From: Polyangiaceae bacterium
Lineage (GTDB): Bacteria; Myxococcota_A; Polyangia; Polyangiales; Polyangiaceae
Direction: 5' to 3'
NCBI GenBank assembly: GCA_050287085.1
Contig: JBNKBE010000006.1
Location: 207,189 to 271,188 of the forward strand
DNA length: 64,000 nucleotides
Shown here: one piece after another, positions 52,119 through 61,310 of the stretch
Layout: each line of letters opens with the position of its first letter
How positions within the stretch are numbered: position 1 is the first letter of the stretch
Made by a program: the position numbers and the translations under genes
Notes under the pieces: generated by a model
Told to the model about the DNA's origin: nothing
What the model saw: only the letters and a program-made list of their open reading frames with translations
Databases searched by the model: none

Positions 52119-52131
52119 CCGCCTCACTTGA

Positions 52132-52208
<77 letters not shown>

Positions 52209-52214
52209 TGGTCG

Positions 52215-52246
52215 AAGGCCAGTCCCATACGGGGCTGGCCTTTTCC
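52215..52246 (+). terminator. Intrinsic terminator after tRNA
   Basis: AAGGCCAGTCCC-ATAC-GGGGCTGGCCTT followed by a T-rich tail. Confidence 0.7.
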
Positions 52247-52325
52247 CGTTTGGGCTGGCTTTCGTTTTTCATTGCCATGCCCTTCGGCATGGGCCGCGGC
52301 TCCGCCGCGGGCCGCCCGCGCAACC

Positions 52326-52360
52326 AAAGGCTCCGGAAGACAAACTTCCGGAGCCTTTTT
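52326..52360 (+). terminator. Second intrinsic terminator
   Basis: AAAGGCTCCGGAAG-ACAAA-CTTCCGGAGCCTTTTT perfect stem. Confidence 0.75.
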
Positions 52361-52682
52361 CGTTTTGTCAGGTCGCGCGCTCGTTCGCGCCTTCTCCGCG
52401 CGGTGGTCGCTCTTGTCGGCGGCGGGGGACATAACCCGGAGGCCGGGTGAGACGCCGCCAGGAGGGCCGTGGCGGGGCGATCTGGGGGCTCTCTGAGAGG
52501 GTTCAGCGCCGAGAGTCTCGGGGCGGGTTATGAGCTGAGCGCGGGGGACAGGGGCAGGACGATTGGGTGACCCTGGGGTTATGGGGGTGACCGGGGGGTT
52601 ATGGTTATGTCAGGGCGCGACCGCTTGGGATGTTCCTGCCGTGGCGGCGGAACGGGGGGAGCAGAATCGGCTGCCGCTCGCT

Positions 52683-52711
52683 TTGCCGTGCTACCGAAGC
52701 TGTGGTACGTT
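52683..52711 (+). promoter_or_regulatory. Candidate sigma-70 promoter of the peptidase-PIN-Beta operon
   Basis: TTGCCG-N17-TACGTT with extended -10 TG. Confidence 0.45.
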
Positions 52712-52738
52712 TGTTCAGTAATTTGACGAGGTCCAACA

Positions 52739-53746
52739 CTGGCCGACGAACGCTCCATCCCATCGCTTCTAAAACGCTTGAACCGCGCAGGGTTCAAGCG
52801 GGAGTTCGTACGCTCTGCAGTTTGTCCTGAGTGGTGGGATGAGACCTGCGAACGGGACCCTTCGCTCCTTTCTGACTTGGAATTTCGAGTAGCGCGGTTT
52901 CTCGGTGTATCGATATCCGACGTACGTGATGGGAGCTTTTCGCTTTCCGCACCAGCCTACTCAGGAGCCCAGCTCCGACGCGTGCGTGATCTGGAGCGCG
53001 ACAGGCTAGGTCCTGCAATTCACACTGCCATTCGATTGGCTGGCGCCGTCGTTCGGTCGCTTCGGTCGGATTCCGCACCTAATCCTCCCCCATCTAGCGC
53101 CCGTGCGTGGCGCTCAACCCTCATTGGCAACACGGCAGCGGTCACCCTTGACGGCTTGCTGGCAGATCTTTGGGCGCGAGGTATCCCCGTCGTCCCGATC
53201 GAGCGCCTTCCCGCACCGAGCTTTCAGGGGCTTGCGTGTGTAGTTGAAGGGCGTCCGGTAGTCCTTCTCGGACACAAGAACGATGAACCCGGGCGCGTTG
53301 CCTTTCTGCTAGCGCATGAAGCCGGGCACATCGCTAATGGCGACTGCACGGAGGAGACGCCCGTCGTTGACGAGGAGGAAAGCATTGGAGACGACGCGGA
53401 AATCGAGACTCGCGCGGACAGTTTCGCGCGCGAGGTCTTGGTGGGCGCTGGCGACTTCCCAGGAATCGATGGGCAGTCCTTCAAGGACCTAGCATCAGGT
53501 GCCGTCGCACTGGAACGAACGCTGGGGGTAGACGCAAGCTTCGCGATCTTCGCCTGGGCTCAGAAGACCCGTGACTACGCAAAGGCGACATTGGCTGTCA
53601 AGGCGCTCTACCGGCACATTGGCGCTCGTCGGAAGCTTCGGAAGCGTTTTGACGAGCATGTGGACGTCGATGGAGCGTCGGAGAGCGACCGTGCTCTGCT
53701 GCGCTGTGTGTTTGGCGCTCAGGAGCACAATGAAGCTGCTGATTGA
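52739..53746 (+). CDS. ImmA/IrrE-family (peptidase M78-like) zinc metallopeptidase
   Basis: GRPVVLL...RVAFLLAHEAGH...ETRADSFAREVL; start inferred at CTG 52739 (GAGGT RBS), otherwise TTG 52778. Confidence 0.85.
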   Translation: MADERSIPSLLKRLNRAGFKREFVRSAVCPEWWDETCERDPSLLSDLEFRVARFLGVSISDVRDGSFSLSAPAYSGAQLRRVRDLERDRLGPAIHTAIRLAGAVVRSLRSDSAPNPPPSSARAWRSTLIGNTAAVTLDGLLADLWARGIPVVPIERLPAPSFQGLACVVEGRPVVLLGHKNDEPGRVAFLLAHEAGHIANGDCTEETPVVDEEESIGDDAEIETRADSFAREVLVGAGDFPGIDGQSFKDLASGAVALERTLGVDASFAIFAWAQKTRDYAKATLAVKALYRHIGARRKLRKRFDEHVDVDGASESDRALLRCVFGAQEHNEAAD

Positions 53747-54323
53747 CTCTGACGCATTCTGTAAGCTCGGAATCGCAGGAGTATTGGACGACCTAGCTGC
53801 GCAACTTGGCGCAACATTGACAGAAGCTGGGCGCCTCCCCGCGCTTCCCCATATGCTTCGGCGAGGGAAGCTTCGACGGCTCTACGGAGGGGCGAACTGC
53901 GACTCGCTGTTGACATTGGCCAACGCCCTACGACCCGTGCCAGATGCTCCACCTGAGTGGCTCGACGCGCTTGTGCACCTGGACGGGGTTGATCCAGGAG
54001 AAGCCCAGTTGTTCGCGCTCGCAGCATCGCAGTGCCTGTACGTCGCAACGGGTGACAAGCGTGCTTTGCGAGCGCTTCGCGGAGTGCCCCAACTCGTCGA
54101 CGCGCTTGATGGCCGTGTCGTCGTGATGGAGGCGGCTCTGTTGTCCGCGTGTACCACACTCGGTGTGGATGTTGTTCGTCTGCGTGTCGTTCCGCTTGGC
54201 GAGGCCGACACAATGATTCGTGTGTGCTTCTCTGGGAACGGCGACCCGAGGCAGGGCCTGTTATCCTACCTTGAACACACTGAGCAAGAGATGCAGCCAT
54301 TGACCCTTTGGAGGTCAACGTGA
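53730..54323 (+). CDS. PIN-like domain protein
   Basis: LLIDSD at N-terminus, VDPGEAQLF, ATGDKRAL; AGGAG RBS; overlaps the peptidase stop. Confidence 0.78.
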   Translation: MKLLIDSDAFCKLGIAGVLDDLAAQLGATLTEAGRLPALPHMLRRGKLRRLYGGANCDSLLTLANALRPVPDAPPEWLDALVHLDGVDPGEAQLFALAASQCLYVATGDKRALRALRGVPQLVDALDGRVVVMEAALLSACTTLGVDVVRLRVVPLGEADTMIRVCFSGNGDPRQGLLSYLEHTEQEMQPLTLWRST

Positions 54324-55396
54324 GCGCAGCCGAATCCGACTTCGGCTGCGACCACTATGTGCCGGTGCTCAAGGTGAAGCGCGCCGAGAAGACGGCCTTG
54401 ATGCTGCTCCCAGCGCATGCGCGCTCGCGGATCACTCCGCTACTCGAAATCGTTGAGCGCAAGCCAGAGGTCACTCTCGCAAAGCACCTAGAGAACGCTT
54501 TTCGAGATCTCTCTGCGTCGCTGGAAGGTACGGAGCGGTGCTTCCTCGATGCGCACGAGATCTCTCCTGACGGGAACTCGGGTGCAATGGCGGTCTTCGC
54601 TCGCGCGGCGACAGACAGCATATCATTCACGCCGGTCACAGGGATCTCGCGCACCGTAGATGTGGCCGCAGCTCTGCTGTACCGAGCGCAAGGGACAGCG
54701 ATTCGACTATCGCGGGCTGACTTCGAAGCAGGAACGCTTCAGCGGCGTCTTCTCGGTTTCCTGGGGACGCACCAACTTCGCCCCGAAGACGTCGACCTAA
54801 TCGCTGACCTGGGCCCCGTCGACGACATGGTATCCTTGGGGGTCGAAGCACTGGCTGATGCCTTTATGGCGGACATCCCCAATCAGTCTCAGTGGCGAAC
54901 ACTTACGCTCTCTGCCTGTGCCTTCCCAGCCGGCTTGGGAGCCATCGAGAGATACTCGGATGGGTTCGCGGACCGCATTGATTGGGTCGCATTGCGGAAC
55001 ACTGCGGCTGCGCGCGCTCGGCAGTCTCTTCGGGTACCCACGTACAGCGACGGGGCGATTCAGCATCCCATTGGGGTCGAGGGATTTGACCCAGTTAAGA
55101 TGCAAGTGTCGGCGTCAGTGCGCTACACAACGGGGGAGAGGTGGCTGTTGATGAAGGGTGAGAGCATTCGCCGTCGCCCACCAAGCGCCCAGTACAAGGA
55201 TCTCGCGACGCACCTTGCGCACGGCCACTTGTCGGGCAATTTCTTTGGAGCCTCGCACTGCCCTGGTTGCGCTTCGGTCAGAGCTGCCGCATCAGGCGCG
55301 TCAGGACACGGTTCGCTTGAAGCGTGGGGACGGATCGGAACGCTTCACCACATCGTCTGCGTCTTGAACGACATCAAGTCGTCTTGCGGGTCTTGA
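54320..55396 (+). CDS. Beta-family protein (Beta_protein / Sce7725-like)
   Basis: YVPVLKVKRAEKTAL, ITPLLEI, DLIADLG, AFP, YSDGAIQHP, SVRYTT, C-terminal W..IGTLHHI; GTGA overlap and GGAGGT RBS. Confidence 0.8.
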   Translation: MSAAESDFGCDHYVPVLKVKRAEKTALMLLPAHARSRITPLLEIVERKPEVTLAKHLENAFRDLSASLEGTERCFLDAHEISPDGNSGAMAVFARAATDSISFTPVTGISRTVDVAAALLYRAQGTAIRLSRADFEAGTLQRRLLGFLGTHQLRPEDVDLIADLGPVDDMVSLGVEALADAFMADIPNQSQWRTLTLSACAFPAGLGAIERYSDGFADRIDWVALRNTAAARARQSLRVPTYSDGAIQHPIGVEGFDPVKMQVSASVRYTTGERWLLMKGESIRRRPPSAQYKDLATHLAHGHLSGNFFGASHCPGCASVRAAASGASGHGSLEAWGRIGTLHHIVCVLNDIKSSCGS

Positions 55397-56048
55397 GAGC
55401 GGCTCGAACAGCGGCAGCAACTTCATCCAAGCTCAGGTGCTCGCAAACGCGGTCCCATACAGCTGCACGCGGCTTGCCCCGCACGCCGACGGCTAGTCCG
55501 CGAGCCTCCAAGAGTGCCATCGCCTCGCTGAGCCACAGAAGCTCAGCTAGTGCTCTCGGATTCCGAGATGGGTTCTTTCTCCCTTTGCGTACCGCTCGCA
55601 GTACTGGCTGATCGCGCCGCTGGGCGGCAACGGTTACCCCCCACCATTTCGGCACGAGCTTGGTAGCTGCGATCAAGTGCTTTTCGCCAACGACCAACGT
55701 TACGCGATCAAGCACCCGTCCGTACATCTCGACTTGAGCGGGAAGCCGCCGCAGGGTGTCTCGATCCGACTTGATCTCGTACCCGTGAAGGCTGCCGTTC
55801 ACCACAGCGACATCGACCCGGTTCTGTCCACGGCAAAGACCTAGCTCGTCAACGATCACCGTATCCGTTTCTGTGAAGTGTTCGGCTTCCAGCTTGATTC
55901 GCAGGACGCGACGCAGAGCTGCGTCGTCTGGGACGATGCTTGTGGAGTCGGCGACCGGCGAATGGTTGCTTGAGCACATTGATAACTTAGCTGGCGCAAA
56001 GCCCTCGAGTCCGCAGCCCCGGGACGCGAGACGTTCAATCGAGCTCAT
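55374..56048 (-). CDS. Sce7726-family protein (PD-(D/E)xK-like)
   Basis: IVDELGL...RVDVAVVNGSLHGYEIKSDRDTLRRLPAQ...Y; PKWWGV; LAELLW. Confidence 0.82.
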   Translation of the reverse strand: MSSIERLASRGCGLEGFAPAKLSMCSSNHSPVADSTSIVPDDAALRRVLRIKLEAEHFTETDTVIVDELGLCRGQNRVDVAVVNGSLHGYEIKSDRDTLRRLPAQVEMYGRVLDRVTLVVGEKHLIAATKLVPKWWGVTVAAQRRDQPVLRAVRKGRKNPSRNPRALAELLWLSEAMALLEARGLAVGVRGKPRAAVWDRVCEHLSLDEVAAAVRAALKTRKTT

Positions 56049-56257
56049 TTGACCGCTCCGTGCTCCCGGAGGATGTCCTGCACCGTTGCCATGTCGTACG
56101 CGACGTCACAGCACCACGTGCCGGAACCGCCCTTGGTGTTGACGCCCTCGACCCAGGCCCGCATCGCTGCAACCTTGGCTCTGCTCGCTACCCTCGCCCT
56201 TCACCTCAAGTGTCCCTGCGGCGCGACGACGATGGACGTCTTCTGTGCCTCATTCAT
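56045..56257 (-). pseudogene. Collapsed restriction-modification operon remnant: 18-codon N-terminal stub fused to a type III Res-like C-terminus
   Basis: MNEAQKTSIVVAPQGHLR* (56257-56201), then LEVKGEGSEQ / AKVAAMRAWVEGVNTKGGSGTWCCDVAY...K* with a frameshift. Confidence 0.6.
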
Positions 56258-56450
56258 CTCGGTCCTTCTTTCCGGAAACGCTTTGCGTCTGCTGCCCGAT
56301 CCACTCGTCGAGGTCTGAACGACGAAGGCGCCACTGGCCACGGACTTTGAATGCCGGCAACTCACCCTGTTGCGCCATCGTATATACGGTCTTGTCCGCG
56401 ACCTTGAGCAAGGCCGCGACCTCTTGAACCGTCAAGATCTCAGCGGTCAT
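56250..56450 (-). CDS. Excisionase-like HTH DNA-binding protein
   Basis: ILTVQEVAALLKVADKTVYTMAQQGELPAFKVRGQWRLRRSDLDEWI. Confidence 0.9.
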   Translation of the reverse strand: MTAEILTVQEVAALLKVADKTVYTMAQQGELPAFKVRGQWRLRRSDLDEWIGQQTQSVSGKKDRDE

Positions 56451-56611
56451 TCAGTGGGTGCTCCAGGCATGAAACGGGCTCGGCTTCCAACGGATGCCAA
56501 GCTACGGCAGAGGTTGCCGTGGCACAATCCCAAAGGCCATGAAGACGTTCTGACGGTACCATTGGGCCGAATCCGACACGACCCACTGCCCACGAGCAGT
56601 CTGTCGCACCT

Positions 56612-57010
56612 CTAGGCAGCGCCGCGCAATTCGCGCCACACCCGCCACTGCCCCACCCACCCGGCCTCCCGCACCACCTCGCGCAGCGGCCGTTCGCTCA
56701 TCGGCTCCTTGCCATCGACAGCTTCCAGCGCTGCGACCTCGGCCTGAATCGCGGGCGACAGGTACGTCAGGTTCACCAGCTGGGTGATGCGCGGCTGGCT
56801 GACCTCTAAGCGACGAGCCAGCTCGCCGACGCTCTCCACCCGGCCCTCGTCGAGGAGGCGCCGCAGCTGGTGCCCCAGCGCCAGGGGGCGCGCCACGTAC
56901 GCGGGACGGCGGTTGGGCTGGCCGGGGAGGCGCCGCGCTCGCTGGGCGCGCGCCACGGCCGCCCGTGGGCGCAGCTGGGCGCGGAGGACGACCGGCGCTT
57001 CAGGCGGCAT
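56612..57010 (-). CDS. Small HTH protein of the kind found after large serine recombinases
   Basis: LALGHQLRRLLDEG...ELARRLEVSQPRITQLVNLTYLSPAIQ; GAGGAGG RBS before ATG 57010. Confidence 0.7.
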   Translation of the reverse strand: MPPEAPVVLRAQLRPRAAVARAQRARRLPGQPNRRPAYVARPLALGHQLRRLLDEGRVESVGELARRLEVSQPRITQLVNLTYLSPAIQAEVAALEAVDGKEPMSERPLREVVREAGWVGQWRVWRELRGAA

Positions 57011-57116
57011 CGGTGGCCTCCTCGTCTTGCATCGTCCCACCGAGCATGGCGCCCACCCAGGGAGCCAGCGTGATGCTGATCTCGCCGGTCACCGAGTTCG
57101 CATCCACGCGCTCGAC
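57000..57116 (-). pseudogene. C-terminal remnant of a large serine recombinase-like gene
   Basis: VERVDANSVTGEISITLAP...DAA*; stop overlaps the start of the HTH gene; no upstream body. Confidence 0.5.
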
Positions 57117-57118
57117 AG

Positions 57119-57574
57119 AGGGTTCTCCGGGGAACGCTAGGCACCGATGACGAGCTCGCCGAGTCGGCTTCCGACACCGATCGTCGCGCGCTCGAGAAGC
57201 TTCGCGGCTTCCTCCAGACTCTTGCCGATAGCGAGGCGACGTGCAGCCTTGCGCTCGGCGAAGAAGTGGTGACTTTCAGCGACGTCAGTCAGATTCGCAC
57301 CAGCATTGAACGCCTAGGACAGGAGAACTTCCAGGAGGACGTGGAGGACATCATGGGTGCACTCCAAGGGGTTCTTCCGGCCGCTCGAACCTTCGAGTTC
57401 AGGAAGGACGATGGCGAGACCATTCGAGGCAAGCTGGGTCCAGCCATCGCGATGCCGTCGGCATTGAACCAGATGCTCGCTCAGCGCGTGCGCCTCAAAG
57501 TTCACGTAACTCGCGTAGGCCGTGGAAAGCCGCGTTACATGATGCTCGAGTCGCCCGCTGTTGAAGTCTCATAG
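57119..57574 (+). pseudogene. 5'-truncated hypothetical gene
   Basis: Frame open with protein-like sequence for 49 codons upstream of GTG 57266 (VLRGTLGTDDELAESASDTDRRALEKLRGFL), starting abruptly at the recombinase junction. Confidence 0.55.
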
Positions 57575-58462
57575 CACGGGAGGCATCAGCTCTGCCGTAC
57601 ATCGACTGACCTGACCAAGCAGCTGCCCGTGTCGTCCAATACCGCAGCGATATCGGCCGCGTCGTCGGCATCCCAGAGGAGGTGTTCGCCGAGCGAGAAC
57701 TCGGCTTCCGGAAGCACGAGGGAAACGCTCAAGACAGCGCAAGCGCCGCTTAGAGCTCTGCACCTGTTCCTGCGTGCCAAGCTGAAGACTTCGATGGCCC
57801 CGACGGCATCTACAACGTGCGCAGCTTGACCGGCTCTACCGAACACTTCCCCATCGAGGAAGGGAGGGTCACTGGCAAGCTGGAAGAGCACTGGGCGTAC
57901 CTTGGGTCGACGGATGACCGGTTGCCCATTCCCCTCGCCCCAATGTTCAGGCCCAACTACCGTTCTGAGATCGGTAAGCGCTAGCTACTCTTACTGCGCA
58001 CGCTGGAGTTGGCTGCCGGCAAGAAGCTCGAGCTGTGCCAGCTCATCGGCTCGGACACGTTCAAGCACGACGTGCCTGCGCTGTAGCGCGATGCCCACAG
58101 GGGCCGCCTCCGTGCCACGCTTCCACGGAGGAAATGCGTCGGCACGACGTGATGCTTCAGCAACGGCCTTCCAGAAGTCCGAGTTAGGGTCATTCTTCCT
58201 GATGGTCATGGTTTGCTCCGGCTGTGCTGGCGTGCAGCAGCTTAACCGCTTCGCCCTCACGTTCAGGATAAGAACGTTGGTACCATGGAAGCCCTGAGGG
58301 ACGTGGCATTTCTGGACCAGTTGCCAGTCGCTGCGTCCTTTCGACTCAGCGCTCTTCCGGTGCTCAGCGTCAACGAGAAGAGATCCAAGTACTTTCGAGG
58401 CCCTAGCCTGCTTGAGGAGTTTGTCGGCGGCGAAGGTAGCGTTCTAGATTCTCGAAACAACT

Positions 58463-58999
58463 TCACCCCTTCCCACTCCGCCTCATCACAACCTCGCCCC
58501 AAAGCCGCTCCGCGAAGGCTCGTGCTGCTGGGCTTGCGGCGGAGCTGAGTGACATCTCGAGACCGGGCATGAGCACCATGCGTTGCCAGATCTCTACGGC
58601 GCCGGCCGAGGCTTGGTGTACCTGGACGGTGCCACCTTGCGTGGCGCCGGGCCCCGGAGTGCGCTCCGGCGACGGATCGGGGCTGACAGGGGGTAGACCT
58701 AGGGCGGCGGCTTGCTCTGGCGTCAGGGGCGGCGCGAGTGCAAACCTCTCGAGTTCTGCGGTCGGCATGGCGTTGAGCCGCTGCTGACAGTGCGCTAGCT
58801 TCAGGCCCGCCTCGCGCTGGAAACGTTGTACTGCTAGGAGCCGCAGCAAGTGAGACCGATGGTAACGCGTTGCCTTGCTGCGAAACTGGGGTGCCGGCAG
58901 CACACCAGCGGAGACGTAGTACCGCACCGTGCGGGGTGACACGTTGGCCAGTTGCGCTAGTTCCGTGACGGACCAGGAGGCTTCGCGGGAGGACTGCAT
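58463..58999 (-). CDS. MerR-type HTH protein
   Basis: WSVTELAQLANVSPRTVRYYVSAGVLPAP...YHRSHLLRL; WQRMVLMPGLEM. Confidence 0.85.
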   Translation of the reverse strand: MQSSREASWSVTELAQLANVSPRTVRYYVSAGVLPAPQFRSKATRYHRSHLLRLLAVQRFQREAGLKLAHCQQRLNAMPTAELERFALAPPLTPEQAAALGLPPVSPDPSPERTPGPGATQGGTVQVHQASAGAVEIWQRMVLMPGLEMSLSSAASPAARAFAERLWGEVVMRRSGKG

Positions 59000-59058
59000 G
59001 AAGCTCGGGGCTCGCGGTGGGAGAGTCGTTCCAGGGTTCAGCAGCTGCGACCCAATGG

Positions 59059-59391
59059 CTAGGCGTGGTCGAACACCAGTGCGTGTTGCGCGATCTTCTT
59101 GACCGCTTCGATGCCGTTGTCTCGGGCTTGGGGAGAGGAATACATTTCGCTCGTGCCGATGACTTGGTGGTTGGCGGCCCTCAGCACGAAGTACGGCTCT
59201 TCCCGTTGGGAGCTACGGCGCTCGAAGCGGGCGTCGAGTGACCCATTTACCCGCACGGACTCGATGCCGGTGTGAGCGTTGTGTTTGGCCGTGTAGCGCT
59301 CACTGGTGAGCACCACCTCGTTGTTTGCGGCGATGAGGTTGAAGTAAAATTGGCTATCGCTGCTTGTTTTGATCTCATAACGCGGGTGCTT
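59059..59391 (-). pseudogene. YegP/DUF1508 family gene lacking its start codon
   Basis: Duplicated motif FYFNLIAANNEVVLTSERY / YFVLRAANHQVIGTSEMY; the codon before KHPRYEI is TCG and belongs to the antisense sheath fragment. Confidence 0.7.
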
Positions 59392-59875
59392 CGAGACCGA
59401 CGAGGTACTCGAGGAGCGCAAGCGCGACCTGGTGTACCCCCATCGGATTAACCCACTCACCACTGGCCCGGGACTACCGCGCTACATCGACGGTTCCCGG
59501 ACGCTCAAGGGCGACGGCAACTTCCCCTACGTGGCCGAGCGGCGAGGCGTCATCTTCATCGAGCGCAGCCTGAAGCAGGGGCTTGAGTTCGCACAGCACA
59601 AGAACAACACCGAGGGGCTCCGTGCCCAGGTACGGAGAACCATCACCGCGTTCCTCCTCGCGCAGATGAACAACGGGGCATTCCGCTCCCGTGAACCCGC
59701 GAAGGCGTTCTTCGTGGATGCCTCCGATCAGCTGAACACCCCGAGCGTCATCTTCGCCGGCAAGCTCATCGCCCGCGTCGGCCTCGCCACCAACAAGCCC
59801 GCGGAGTTCATCATCCTCCGCATCAGTCAAGACACCCGCGCGCTCGAAGCCGAGCTCGCCGCCACTCAAGCGTGA
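59390..59875 (+). pseudogene. C-terminal fragment of a contractile tail sheath protein
   Basis: [40 protein letters not shown]; only about 160 codons, no start. Confidence 0.85.
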
Positions 59876-59892
59876 TCATGAGGAACTGACCC

Positions 59893-60351
<459 letters not shown>

Positions 60352-60361
60352 CAGCGGAGGA

Positions 60362-60417
60362 ACTTCACTAAAATGACCGCCTTTACCGGCGAGTGAAGGT
60401 GGCGAATTTAGTGAAGT
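60362..60417. terminator. Long hairpin between convergent tail tube and abiEii
   Basis: ACTTCACTAAA...TTTAGTGAAGT perfect 11-bp IR with inner CCGCCTTTAC/GTGAAGGTGG stem. Confidence 0.6.
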
Positions 60418-61310
60418 CGCCAGCTCCACTCGTCGGGCTCCCAGGTCCCGTTGAGCTCGCCAGCAAGGACGGGGTCGAGGAAGGTCTGGGCAGCCTTGGT
60501 CACTTCCTCGAGAGTTCTCCAGGGCAGCTGATCGTCCCGCGCCATGGCCGCATACGGCGTCGTCCACGCCGAAAGGGGCTCTGGCACCTTCCCTGGCAGG
60601 GCATGCGTCTTGCGATGCGTGAAGGTCTGCTCAAGCGCGTCGCGCAGCCGTTTTCCGTCAATGGCCTGCGCACTGGCGAGCAGCGCGATATCGGGGAGAT
60701 CTTTGACGCGTGAATTGGGGCGTGGCCGCGGCATTGTGTACGCGTGCAGCTTCTCGGCGAGATGTGTTTCGATCGGGTAGATGCGAAGTGTTGGGGGTGC
60801 GATCCCCGCGAAGGCAAGCACGTCAGCAGCGACAGCTACTTCAGGCTCGCCAAAGATGGGATCACCGAAGGCGACGTCAACACCGAAGGGCTGCCCGTAG
60901 AGTTTCCCGGCCAGCTTGCACGCTGCCCGGAAACGAAGTCCGTCGTACTGCACGGCATCATTCTGGATCTCCGGGTGGTCCGCGTCAGGCTCGATCTCGA
61001 ACGTCAGGAAATCGCCGAGTTCAAGACGCGCAGCCTCCCGCAGTCTTGTCAGCACATCGTGGGGCGAGCCCACCAGGCGTAGGTCGACATCCTTCGTCGT
61101 GCGGGCGCGTTCGAGGCGTAGCTCAAGGACGAGACCGCCCTTCAGGGTCACTGCACTACCGAGCACGGCGACGACGCGCGCAAGGAAGCGATCGAACACC
61201 AGTAGCTGCCGGCTGCGGGTGAACGCGGCCCCGGATTTCGCAGCGGACCGCAGACGCTGCTCGAGGGCTTGCTTGAAGGCCTCGGGCGAAGAGTACGAGC
61301 GGGCCGTCAT
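60408..61310 (-). CDS. abiEii: AbiEii/AbiGii-family nucleotidyltransferase toxin (type IV TA)
   Basis: LKGG, RTTKDVD, AEKLHA, SRVKDLPD. Confidence 0.92.
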   Translation of the reverse strand: MTARSYSSPEAFKQALEQRLRSAAKSGAAFTRSRQLLVFDRFLARVVAVLGSAVTLKGGLVLELRLERARTTKDVDLRLVGSPHDVLTRLREAARLELGDFLTFEIEPDADHPEIQNDAVQYDGLRFRAACKLAGKLYGQPFGVDVAFGDPIFGEPEVAVAADVLAFAGIAPPTLRIYPIETHLAEKLHAYTMPRPRPNSRVKDLPDIALLASAQAIDGKRLRDALEQTFTHRKTHALPGKVPEPLSAWTTPYAAMARDDQLPWRTLEEVTKAAQTFLDPVLAGELNGTWEPDEWSWRLH

